Positions 1 to 11,770 of a stretch of 64,000 nt of DNA are shown one piece after another. The notes beneath the pieces were generated by a model. It worked only from the letters and a program-made list of their open reading frames with translations, had not been told where the DNA came from and made no database searches. A program made the translations under genes and the position numbers. Numbering within the stretch: position 1 is the stretch's first letter; every line of letters begins with the position of its first letter. The stretch covers positions 46,252,001 to 46,316,000 of the forward strand of contig NC_043000.1 of assembly GCF_006345805.1 (NCBI RefSeq). The letters are read 5' to 3'. Origin of the DNA: Octopus sinensis. Its lineage: Eukaryota.

Positions 1-313
1 TTTTTGTAGGCCTGCTACTTATTCTATTGGTCCCTTTTGCTGAACCACTAAGTTACGGGGACGTAAACACGCCAGCATCGGTTGTCAAGGATGTTGGTGG
101 GGACAAACACAGACACACAAACACACACACATATATATATATATATACATATATACGATGGGCTTCTTTCAGTTTCTGTCTACCAAATCTACTCACAAGG
201 CTTTGGTCGGCTCGAGGCTATAGTAGAAGACACTTGCCCAAGGTACCACGCAGTGGGACTGAACCCGGAACCATGTGGTTCGTAAGCAAGCTACTTACCA
301 TACAGCCACTCCT
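1..313 (-). mobile_element. tRNA-derived SINE family A, copy truncated at window edge, with central (CA)/(TA) microsatellite
   Basis: Reverse complement of the family seen complete at 38107-38509; tRNA-like head GGAGTGGCTGTATGGTAAG...GGTTCAGTCCCAC on the minus strand. Confidence 0.85.
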
Positions 314-652
314 ACACCTGTATTGGTATTAAAAAAAAACATTTGTCAATATATTTCACACTACATTCACATAAATCCAGCAGTTTCCTTTTATGTTTTA
401 GAATAGTCCATCAACAAGATAGCAATGCAATTATATAAATATTGATACTGGGATAGCATTATGAATACAACTGAAAAAGATGTGTTGTAAATATTCATGT
501 ATGTATTTTCATTTATTGGACTTCAGTGAAGAATGAAAACATTGAATAAAGAAAGCATATGCAGTTATCAATGTGTTTATATGAAAAAAGTTTCAAATAA
601 AAGAGTGAGACCTTCGAGAATACGTGATCATTTAGAAACAAAGCATCTAGAT

Positions 653-3002
653 CAGGGGTATGAAACATATGGCCCACAGGCCTGCTGCAGGGTTTCATCC
701 AACCCATGAGATGACTTACAAAAGTGTAAAAATTATATATATTTTCTTACTACTGTGAATGTTGATTGTTTGTATATGACTGATTGTTGTGTATAATGGT
801 TCAATTTCTAATAGAAAAAAACTCCTTTAAATTATTTAAAGATTTGTTTAAATATTGTATTGGAATAAATATATATTTTTTGAAATTAATTCAATGACTA
901 ACGTGTTTCTGTTTTTTAGGTGAACATTTTGCCTTGTTTAACCTTACCTAAAATGTCTTTGTCTAAGAAGAGAAAAGAGGATACAGAGTGTAGATTATTT
1001 CAAGAAAAGTGGTTCTTTTCCTGTTCATTTGTGGAGGTGAATGGGAAACCTGTGTCCTTGGTGTGTTTGCAGCAGGTTTCAGTGCTCAGAGAATATGACA
1101 TTTGGCACCATCATGCCAACAAATACGATAACTTGCAAGGACAAATGAGAAGAGAAAAGATAAATAAATTGTTAGCACATCAACCCAAAGCTGAGATATC
1201 AGCCAGGTAGCTGTAAAAGCTAGCTACCTTGTTGCTAGAGAAATAGTATTAGCATCAAAACTGTACTGTGATGGGGAGTTCATGAAAATATGCATATTGA
1301 AGGCTGCAGAAATTGTATGCCTTGAGAAGTGACAGACTTCTGCCTACATTAGCCTGACGAGAAGCACTGTGGCAGATAGGATTTCAGATCTTTCTGCAGA
1401 TTTGGACAGGCAACTGAAGCACAAATTCAAGTAATTTATTGCATATTGGGTTGCAATTGATGAGACCATAGACATTTCAGATGTTGTGCAACTGGCCATA
1501 TTCTTTTGTGGTGTAAACGAGATGTTGACCATCACTGAGGAGTTTCTGGAGCTGGTTCCTATGTTGGACACCACAATAGCAAATGACATTTTCGTCTCTC
1601 TCGTTGGAGCACTGGACAGGGTCAGAATTAACTGGGCCCATGCTGTCAGAGTGGCTACAGATAGCACTCCATCATTGATTGGGAAAAAGCAGGTGTTGTG
1701 AAGCAGTTCAGAGAGAATGTACTGACTGCAAATGGAGGATGTGATTTTTGAATATTTCATTGCATTTTGCAAGTCGTTCAAAATGGATCACATCATGGAA
1801 GTGGTTGTCTGAACTGTTAATTTCATCCAAACTAAAGATCTGAATCACTGTCAGTTTGATAATCTTCTCAGTAATATAGGCATTACCTATGACTTGCCAT
1901 ATCTATCACACCAAGGTAAGGTGATTAAGCCGAGGTGCCATGTTGAAGCACTTCTTTAATCTACGAAAAGAAATTGAACAGTTCATGGGGGAAAACGGTA
2001 AACCAGTGTTAGAATTTCAATCATCAGAAGGGCTCCAAGATTTAGCATTTATCATGGATATTATAGAGCACTTGAATAATCTGAACAAAATGCTGCAAGG
2101 CCACAAAAAATTTGTCACCCAGTATTTTGAAAGCATGTGTGTGTTCAAGTTGAAGCTAACTTTCTGGGAGACACAATATTTTCTTTGTCTAAAAGAAAAT
2201 GTCGTCGAGACCTCAGATAATGTTGACATGAATTGGTACAAAGACAATATCATGGGATTGCTGCAAGAATTTGAGCAACCATTTCAGATTTTTGATGAAG
2301 TTGAGAGATATATTTTACAGTTTTTCGCTCACCAATTATAGTCAATACAACATGAAATGATTGACTTGCAGCATGATTCAAATTTGAAGAATAAATTTAC
2401 CTTGGTGGGCTTGGTCACATTTTATCAGTATCTCTTGCCAAAGTACCCCAAATTGACAGCCCTTGCTGCTAAAGTTTTGCACATGTTCAGGACTACCTAC
2501 CTTTCTGAACAAGTATTCTCTGTAATGAGCATCAATAAATGAAGCTGTGCTCAAGGCTCACACAAAGGCACCTAAATAACATCTTGAAATTGGCTGCTAC
2601 TCAGGATTTGATACCTGATATTGATGCACTTGTGAAGGAGAAAAGATGCCAAGTTTCAGGAACGTACCAAAAATAAATGATAAACAATAATAAAAGTGTT
2701 TTTAAATGTTTTGCAAAGTGCTTTTTTTAAAATTATGAATTGTATACAGTTACAAGGGAGTGTGATGTCTCAGTCTTCTTTAACATTTCCCACTTTCACT
2801 CGGTCAATGTTTTGCAAAAAAAAATTGTTATTTAAACCTGAACATTTTCAGAATGTACTTTTTTACACTAAAACAAAGAGAAAATTTTGAAATTGTTATT
2901 TATAGGTTCTTATGCCATGATTTTACTGGTCCAGTCCAGCCCATCTGAGATCAAATTGGGTTGATATGTTGTCCATGAACTAAAATGAGTTTGGCAATCC
3001 TG
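653..3002 (+). mobile_element. Full-length hAT (Buster/Charlie, SPIN/GTF2IRD2-like) DNA transposon, inactive
   Basis: Left end CAGGGGTATGAAAC; right end reverse complement CAGGATTGCCAAAC; perfect 8-bp TSD ATCTAGAT at 645-652 and 3003-3010 with central TA. Confidence 0.93.
953..2676 (+). pseudogene. SPIN/GTF2IRD2/EPM2AIP1-like transposase pseudogene
   Basis: MSLSKKRKEDTECRLFQEKW...KPVSLVCLQQVSVLREY; LAIFFCGV; QDLAFIMDIIEHLNNLNKMLQG; TTYLSEQVFSVM; ends DALVKEKRCQVSGTYQK*. Broken by stops and frameshifts. Confidence 0.9.
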
Positions 3003-3279
3003 ATCTAGATAAAGCAAAAGAAGGACACAAGCAATTGCCATGACTTAAAAATAAATTCAAAATTTAATCAAGAACTAATGAGTTAATTGTTAAAACAAAG
3101 TAACCAACTAAAGAAAGGATAAGGAGCATCTTAAAAATGTTCATAATTAATTGCTAAATATGAAAAGATTTACATAATATTGGTGAAAATCTCAGCTTTT
3201 CAGTTGTGAATGGAATTATAAATATATGATGGCCTTGGTAAAATTAATATAATGTCACTATTTCCTCTCAGCAATAGTT

Positions 3280-3385
3280 ATCAATAATAATGATGATGAT
3301 AATGACGATGACAATGACGACGACGACGACGAAGATGATGATAAAGGTGATGATGATGATGACGAGGATGATGAAGATGATTTTA
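3280..3385. repeat. (GAT/GAC)n microsatellite
   Basis: Direct reading. Confidence 0.95.
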
Positions 3386-4173
3386 CTCTCATCAATATTT
3401 ATCAGTCAACAAGAATTAATAAGTTGATAGATGACATTGTAAAAAAATATTGTGGTGATTCAGAAGCCACAATTTTTTTTTACAACTTGATGAGACAATT
3501 TTTACTTGAAAATGAATGCTTGCCATTAGTGTCACGTGCATTCTTCAAATACTAATCAAGAAGTTATTTAAGACTTCCTATTTACTGAACAATTGAAAAC
3601 TAACACAAAAGGTTTTCTAATTTACAGACCAGTTGACCACTTTCATCATCTCACTGATGCCACCGAATGTGTTACTGATGGAGCACCTATTGTGATTAGT
3701 TTGCTTTTGTAGATTTTTCAGCACATTAAAAGAGGCAGCTCCAAACATTATTACAATTCAATAACACTTAGATGTGAAACAGCTTAGTAGTAAGACTACA
3801 TAAAAATTTTAACCATGTTTTTATGGCTGTAAATAAAATAAAAAGTCATTTTGAATACCTATATTTTCTGGAAACTTTCCCATGAACATGAACAAGAATT
3901 TGAGCGTCTTTTACTAGATATGGAAGTTCAACGTCTTTTGTAAGGGAAACTGTCAGCAACACTTTTAGGATATCTATGATATTATTTTGTAATATTTTAA
4001 GTCAGATGGTGGGTAAATGTGTAATGAACTGGAAAAACAAACATCTGACATCACTTATCTTTCTGACATCTTCAATAAATTGATTGAAATAAACATTAAA
4101 ATTATAGGAAAACAAAATGAAACTTATTGAAATAAAGGGAAGAATAAATTCTATTATCAATAAAATGTTTCTG

Positions 4174-4737
4174 GGACAACTACTCACATGGATTATTTAC
4201 CCCTTGAACAGTTGACTTCATAAGATAGTCACCCTTGAATAATTTTACCCTTTAGCACATATAGGACTGAAGGTAAAGTGTAGGCAACAAATAGCAAAGT
4301 TGTGGTGAGGGTTGAAGGTATAGTGGATGCTGAATTTGTGATGTAAGTCGCATCTGTGGTGTAGATGTTAATTTATGAAATTGAATTGTAGATGGGATAA
4401 ATTAAAGTGGTAGTGTGTGTTCAAATTATGAGGGAGATTTATGTGGAAATTTGGTGTAGGCTGAAGTCACAGTGCTGGTTAAAGTTGCAGTGTAGGTCAT
4501 ATCTTGTAGATGGTGAAGCTTGAGGCTGTGGTGTATTTGGTGTACATTCAAGGTGCAGTATGTATTGAAGTTGCAGCATAACAGATGTGGTAGTGTAGAT
4601 GATGTTGATTAAAGTTGTAGTGTGAATTGAAGTTGTGTTGTAGATAGCTTAAGATGAAGTTGAAGTGTAAATGCCATAGACAGAGGCAATTGTCTTCGTG
4701 GTGGCTATCAGGGATAATTATCTAGGGGCAGATGTCC
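4174..4737. mobile_element. Putative non-autonomous DNA element with short imperfect TIRs and internal degenerate tandem repeats
   Basis: GGACAACTAC at the left end; GCAGATGTCC (rc GGACATCTGC) at the right end; internal GTTGAAGTTGTAGTGTAG-like repeats; interrupts the Buster reading frame. No clear TSD. Confidence 0.5.
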
Positions 4738-6589
4738 AATTGCCCACCTAAATTACATTCTGTAAAAATACCATTGCAAGGATTTGGTTCTTTAGCAGTT
4801 TCAAATTAAGCAAATGATAAAAGAAAATATTGATTTAATGCTAGATACAGATAAGGAATGTTAATGCTGCCATCTTTACGATGACCAGATTTAAAACTTT
4901 GATGAATTGAAAATAACATAGTAGGATTTAATTCATTTCATTCTGAGACAAATTTTACTCATCCTAATTCACTTCAAGAATGAAAAGAATTATAATAAGA
5001 GTCTGAAACTCATGTGCTGTTTTACAAAATGGATATGAAACATTCTGGCCAGAGATGCAAAACATGTATCCTAAGCTTTAGCAAGGAAAAAAAAGTTGCT
5101 GCTCATTATTTTTCACTTTACATACTTGGTGAAGAGTGGACGCAATGTTGTGTTGCTGTTGTTATGTAAGCAGTGCAATAAAATATCAATAAATGAAAGA
5201 AAGGACTTAAGATCTTATTTTCCAAGCATTAAATCTGATACTGAAAATTTGCAAATTATCATCGACCTCAGGCTAACCATTAAATTATATATATTGATTG
5301 TTAAATGCATTAGGTTAACACATTTTTTTAGTTCTGAAATAATCAATTCTGCTGACGTTCTTTGTTTCTAAATAAATTTGTATCAAAGTTACACTATGAG
5401 TACAAATATGAAAATGATAGTGAGTTTCTCCTTGCATAATAATCCTTTGTAATTCTACAATTATGACTATAATTAATTACTGTTAAATTTATTAGCTTTT
5501 ATCAATATTTGAAAGGGAACGATAAACAACAACAACAAAAAATATTTTAGAATCACAGCTACACAAGAACTGTTGGTTCAGTTTTGACTATTTACTTTGA
5601 AAGCTATAAACGGTATTCAAAATTAAAATTTCAAAGCACCAAACTATCTGCAGTACATGATAAAATATTTTACTAAACAGGTATTTTTTTATCCAGTATC
5701 TGATTGATATAAATTGATTGCAAGCAAATTATATCATACTACTCCTAATTAATCTTCCCAAATAAAAAAAAAGTTATAACTTATTATCATTGTTAATTAA
5801 GGGGAAAGATAATGAATAAAGAGAGCTGTCTCATATAAAAATAAGATGGTGCAAAATATTAGAACAGAATATTTTCATTAAGTGTATGGATGTTTGATAT
5901 GGAACCACAATTTTGAACTGTATGAATATGTACATTTTATGCATGTATGCCTACATGCATGTACAATTAATAAATACATATTTTTAATAATGAAAGGATC
6001 TCTCTTATGGTTTGATAAAAGAAGTAACCTACAGGTTAATCATTGTAGAACAAAGGAGCTGAAAAGAAATATATATATATTTTTAGCTTTAGTTCTAATT
6101 GCACTCAGCAACCTAAAATAATTTTCCTGATTTTGAACATTATTTCTCATCAAACTTATTTCTCATCAAATGTCTTCTAGGATTAGAAAACTGTTTTTAA
6201 AACAATCCTTGCCTTCCAAACTGTCAAATTTGAATTAATTAGAATGGTTAATGGTAAAATATGCAGATACTCAAATTAGAAAACCATATGACAAATTATA
6301 TATGATGATTTGCAAATGAAAAAGACAGCAAATAGAGAAATGTCAAATAGAATGTAAATAAAAATATAGATGGAAATAAAATGCTAAATCTTAAAATAAT
6401 TAACAACAAAACAAGAAAGTATTTCTTGTTGAGTGATTTTAGAAAAATTTGTTGCAAAAATGTTACGCATATTCTTCAAAATTATGTATTGTCAAATAAT
6501 AATAACATGAATATAGCTTATTGAGTGAATTGGAGAACTTGTGCATGGTTGCTTGACTTGCGAAAGATATCTATTAAATATCTCTAAAA

Positions 6590-7200
6590 TCAAAATAATA
6601 GTAATAATAATATTATTGTATACAGTGCTCAGGTGCACCACAACTTGTCAAAAGTGCATATAAAGCATATTCATTAATGTACAAATGTTTGGGAAGTGAA
6701 TAGCGTATGAGTCAGATACATGCTTGCATGTGTATGGAGGGGAGAAAATCAGGTGTAGTGTTGGCGAATATCAGGAAGCATGGAAGTTTTGAAGGATGCA
6801 GTGCTCTGACAACTAACGACTGATTTGTTCCATACTTCAGCAACTCCTAGAATGAAAAAATGTTTCCGAAAGTCATGGGAGCCGTGCTGTTTTCTGACTT
6901 TGTAAACATGTCTATGGGTGTTAGACAGGTGGAGTTTGAAAAGATGCTCAGAGTTATTGTTGGTAAGATGGTTAATAATTTTATGGGTGTCTGCCAAGTC
7001 AGCTGCCAGACGTCAGAGTTTCAATGTATCCATGCCCAGGGAAGTAAGGTGTTCAGAATATGGCAAATGCCTGATGGAGGGTATTCTCTTGGTTGCACGT
7101 CGCTGAACGGTTTCCAGACGATTAATATCCTGGGCAAGATAGGGGTTCCAGCCCGGTGTTGCAAATTCCAGGTGATGATATAAATAATGGTGCCATCCTA
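6590..7200 (-). mobile_element. 5'-truncated CR1/L2-group LINE (ORF2 C-terminus, 3' UTR, (ATT)n tail)
   Basis: HHLEFATPGWNPYLAQDINRLETVQRRATKRIPSIRHLPYSE...LADTHKIINHLTNNNSEHLF...FRKHFF...AEVWNK; tail attattatt near 6590-6615. Confidence 0.88.
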
Positions 7201-7397
7201 GCTACTTCTTCTAAAATAATGGGATGGTTATGACACAAATAATCATAAGTTTTCTTAATCAAGGTTGACTTACACATCAGGAATAACAACAACATGATTA
7301 TTACATAAAAAAGACAGCATTCAAATAATTGCTTTTAATTCTGTCATTATTCTGTTGATAAACTTGGGTGCCATAAACTATCTTACAGTTAGTTGTG

Positions 7398-7402
<5 letters not shown>

Positions 7403-7452
<50 letters not shown>

Positions 7453-7500
7453 CATCCTCAATCATCCCCACCACCACCACCACCATCGTCATCATCATTA
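7403..7500. repeat. (CAT)n/(CAC)n microsatellite
   Basis: Direct reading. Confidence 0.95.
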
Positions 7501-7503
7501 TTT

Positions 7504-7970
7504 ATAATATTTGGGAATATAAAATTTCCTTCTTCAGATAACCCTAGGAATTGATAGAGTTACTGCTACAATCGGTTTTCCACCGTTTTTTTTTTTTGTT
7601 CTTTCCAGAGGTGTCTCTGCAGTGATCTCATGAATCTCCTTCGGGAGTTCCTCATGAGAAGTGCATGAGGTTCATTTTTGATAGCATGCTCATGTATTAT
7701 TTATAAATAAAAACAAAGAAAGAAGGAGTAAAAAAAAAAGGTAACTACACATATAATACATAACTTAGAAGCAGCGCTACAGAAGTGCCAGCACACATGA
7801 GCTTGAGACATGGTCACCCTCATACATTTCTTATAAGGAATTCTGGAAGGAGCTTCGTGAGACCACTGCAGAGACGCTTGGGAAAGGGAGAAAAAAACCG
7901 TTGGAAAACCGATTGTAGTAGTGACTCAATCAATTAATGAAGAAGGAATTTTTATATTCTGAAATATTAT
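7504..7970. mobile_element. Fold-back MITE with ~190-bp imperfect terminal inverted repeats
   Basis: Left arm GAATATAAAATTTCCTTCTTCA...CTACAATCGGTTTTCCACCG...GTCTCTGCAGTGATCTCA matches the reverse complement of the right arm TGAGACCACTGCAGAGAC...CGTTGGAAAACCGATTGTAG...TGAAGAAGGAATTTTTATATTC. Confidence 0.85.
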
Positions 7971-8384
7971 ATCAGACTATATATGATTAAATTATAACAG
8001 TTATTATAGTCCATTGTTGTAACTATAGTGCATTGTTGTGCCATTCAAAACACATTATTTTTTAAAAACAATGCACAATGCTTCAAGCAAACTACAATAC
8101 CCTCCTTTTCTTAAATTTAAATAATGCTATTGGCTAAATATTGATGATTGATTAGGAGAACGTTTAAAAATTTCAGTAATAAATGCTTTGCAGAATTTCT
8201 TTCTGTTCTTTACATTCTGATTTCAAATCACTTTGAGATCAATTCCTGGTGTCATTAAGATGAAGTACCGGTCAAGTACTGAGATTGATCTAAATGACTA
8301 ACCTTACTTTCTCAAATTGTGCCCTTGGCTTATTTTAGAAGCAAATGTTTAATTGTTTCCCATTTTCATTCTGAGTTCTAATAT

Positions 8385-8600
8385 CAATTTCAAATTTTGC
8401 ACAAGGCCAGCAATTTTGTGGGAGAGGGTAAGTTGATTGCATTGACTCCAATGTTCAACTAGTTCTTATTTTATGAACCCTGAAAGGATGAAAGGCAAAG
8501 TTAGTCACTGCAGTATTTGAAGTCAGAATGTAAAGGTGGACAAAATGTTGCAAAGCATATTAACTGGTGCTCTGACAATTTTGCCAGCTTGCTACCTTAT
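8385..8600 (-). mobile_element. SINE family B (putative Meta-domain tRNA SINE), degenerate
   Basis: Reverse complement of the family at 30786-31023 (GCCTTTCATCCTTTC...AAGTACCAG core). A + strand fragment lies at ~8170-8340. Confidence 0.65.
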
Positions 8601-9404
8601 TCTAAGTTCTAATATTGCTAAGATTAAATTTATTTCCCTTTCTTTAGTGGTTGTGAAAATAAGTAGAGTGAAGTGCTTGAGTTGATATATAATCAAAAGT
8701 GTGGTGATATATTTCACTTGAACCTGGCAACTTGGCTGGCTACTGAGAAACTGACAGTTGTTGGGTTTATACTTAAGGGCATTGCATCATGGAAAAGGGA
8801 AATGTATTTAGCAGTGCTTGTGATTCAGGACATAAAGAGCAATGAGACTAAGAAAATTTCATCAGCTATTAAGGACTCATACTTTGTATAAACGAACTCA
8901 TCAATGCAGTTTAGGTCATTCAGTCGAAAATGTTTACTGTTAAACCTCACTTATCAATATGAACAACTAGAGGTATTTGATTGTATCGCCTTCACAAGTA
9001 TTCATATTGGTTTCAGTCAGTGTTTTCCTGTGTTTCCAGATGAGATCAAACTATTTGCATTGGACCAATAGATTTAGAAAAGAAATGGCTGCAGTTATTT
9101 GATGTTAACATCCACTACAAGTCTGGGTCAATAATCTGAAAATTAATCGATAATTTATAAAATTGAGTGCATATTAATGAGACTTCAAGCTATTAAATCG
9201 ACACAACTGTGAAATAACCCTTTCAGAACAGAGCTGAGTACATTTGCTTTATTTCATGCAAAAAAAATCCATTATTCTCATCATATTTGACCATGCTAAA
9301 ATCGAATTTTACAAGCCACCCATATTTGTTTGGCATGATCCTAATCTTATATGTAATATTAATACGAGAGATGGTTGTATTTTAAGGTGGCTATAACAAA
9401 TATA

Positions 9405-9715
9405 ACAGTGACGGCACATGGACTAGTGGCTAGAGCAGTGGACTAATGGTCGAGGGATCATGGGTTCGAATTGCAGACTGGGCAATGTGTGTATTTATGA
9501 GTGAAACACCTAAGCTTCACAGGGCTCCAGCAGAAGGTAATGGTGAACTTCTACTGACTCATTCGTCACAGCTTTCTCTCACTCTTTCCTCTTGCATCTA
9601 GCAGCTCACCTGCGATGGACTGGTGTCCTGTCCAGGTGGGGAACCAATACACTAATGAAACTGGGAAACTGGCCCTTATGAGCCAGGCATGGCTTGAGAA
9701 GGAGCAAACAACAAC
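9405..9715 (+). mobile_element. tRNA-derived SINE with V-SINE-like central domain
   Basis: A/B boxes (TGGACTAGTGG...GGTTCGAATT); CCTGCGATGGACTGGTGTCCTGTCCAGG at ~9609-9636; (AAC)n tail; 12-bp TSD ATAACAAATATA at 9393-9404 and 9716-9727. Confidence 0.75.
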
Positions 9716-9727
9716 ATAACAAATATA

Positions 9728-10975
9728 CAAGGGTGGATTGAAAAGTTCAGTGGATGACCATGAAGGAGCAATGCTAGAACTGTAAAATCTTACATGTATT
9801 CATTTCAATCTTACTTATTAATAACTGTATTGTAAACTGACATCTGACTGTTCAAAGAAGACTTCAGATCTAACTAGTAGTGACATCGCTTGAAAATAGA
9901 CAAGATGTGGCATCATGATGCTATCATCAACAAATAGAAAAATGGTTTAGCCCCCAATGACATTCATACTGACATGGTTGCATCAGAGGATGACAATCCA
10001 GCTTTATCAACTGTGCAAAAGGGGGCAGCTGAATTTAGGCAGGGAAAGAAGGAGTGTTGATGATAACCCAAGGCCTAGATGTACTGCAACTGCAACGAGT
10101 GAGGAAAACATTGATTGTGTTTACCTCATGATGGTGGATGACAGGTGAATGACTATAATTCAAATAGCCAATGCTATTAGCATACCATGTGAGAGAGTTG
10201 AGAATATTCTGCACAATGTACTTGAACTTGGCATGATGAAGGATTCTGCTTGGTGAGTGTCATATATTCTAACACTTAATCAAAAGCACATCGAGTTGAT
10301 TACATCACAGGAAAATCTGACATTGTTTCTGGCAGTCCCAGCTGGTTTTCTTGAATGTTTCCTAACCCACCATGAGTGTTCGGTTCATCACTTTGAGCCA
10401 GAAGCATAGATATAATCCATGCAGTGGAAACACCTCTCCTCCCCTGATCCAAAGAAGGTCAAGGTAGTTTCATCAGCAGAGAAGGTGATGGCCTCAGTTT
10501 TTTGAGGATGCAAAAGGCATTGTGTTTATTGACTATCTTCAAAAGGGCCATGCCATCAATGGAGAGTACTATGCTAACCTACTGAAGCAGTTATGAAACA
10601 CTATGAAGACCAATCACCCAGGAAAACTTATGAAAGGGCTAAGTCCTTTGTTTCAATGGCTGCTGTGCATGATTGTTACTTTGTTCTAGTTGATCAGCCT
10701 CCCTATTCTCCTGATTTGGCCCCATTTGACTATCATTTATTTCCCAACGTGAATAAACACTTGGCTAGGAACCAGTATTGTAGTGTTGAGGATGTCATAT
10801 CTGCTGTTCACAACGTTTTTGATCAGGAAGATGACAGTTTCTTCCCCAATGGGATCCAAGCAGTGCAACACCAATGGAGGAAGTATGTAAGCCATGATGG
10901 GATCTATGTTGAAAAATAAATATCATCCGGTCACATTACATTAGAGTATCTTATGCACTTTTCAGTTAACCCTCA
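9728..10975 (+). mobile_element. Full-length inactive mariner (irritans-like, DD34D)
   Basis: TA flanks; TIRs CAAGGGTGGATTGAAAAGT / rc TGAGGGTTAACTGAAAAGT; motifs HHFEPE...SMQWKH...KVMASVF, QPPYSPDLAPFDYHLFPN, QHQWRKYVSHDGIYVEK*. Multiple stops. Confidence 0.9.
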
Positions 10976-11499
10976 TACATTTACACAGAAATACTATAGC
11001 CAGATGTCTTTTCTAATACCAATAACTATAGAGAGTGATAATGTGTAATGGGTAAAGTGAAAGAGACAGAGAAATGTGTGGAAGAGCTTAATTGCAATTC
11101 ATAGAGTTATTAAATAATATTATTGAGAGAATAGAAAATAACACTTAAAGCTTCACTTCATTCAGAAATATTGGTTCTTTGGAATAATCCATCACTAAAT
11201 ATTGAAGTGAATAGATACTGCTGACTTTGTAGCCACATGAGACTGATTTCATTTTCCTTATAACAACAGTTAGCATTATATCTTGCTATACCCATGAGCA
11301 TATGTAGACCGGAATAAAGTTGTAAATACATTCAGATAGTTGGGAATAGAAGTTTATTCTATTATCTTATGTTTGTTACTTACATTTACTGATCGGATCC
11401 TTTAACTTTATAGTTGACATATTTATTTGTTAATGATTCCAGTCTTGTAATTCTGTGCAAACACCAGTGACAAACAGAATTTAACATAGTTGATTACAG

Positions 11500-11770
<271 letters not shown>

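Larger units (their letters stand above)
560..5260 (+). pseudogene. Old Buster/ZBED5-like hAT transposase remnant, interrupted by three insertions
   Basis: Degenerate motifs occur in the correct order across the insertions: SNKRVRPSRIRDHLETKH|LDKAK (BED finger), LHNIGENL, LQLDET, CVTDGAP, RLHKNFNHVFMAVNKIKSH, EFERLLLDMEVQR, SDITYLSDIFNKL, and the C-terminal ORF 5096-5371 (YLVKSG...KDLRS). Many stops and frameshifts. Confidence 0.8.

Noticed and set aside
27-332. Recurrent ORFs with YSRRHLPKVPRSGTEPGTMW (also 37926, 44751, 53798 and 61208)
   Set aside because: These are translations of SINE family A, not a gene family.
8673-9070. Long nearly open + frame
   Set aside because: It contains an internal stop, has no recognisable motifs, and the strong upstream acceptor leads into stops.
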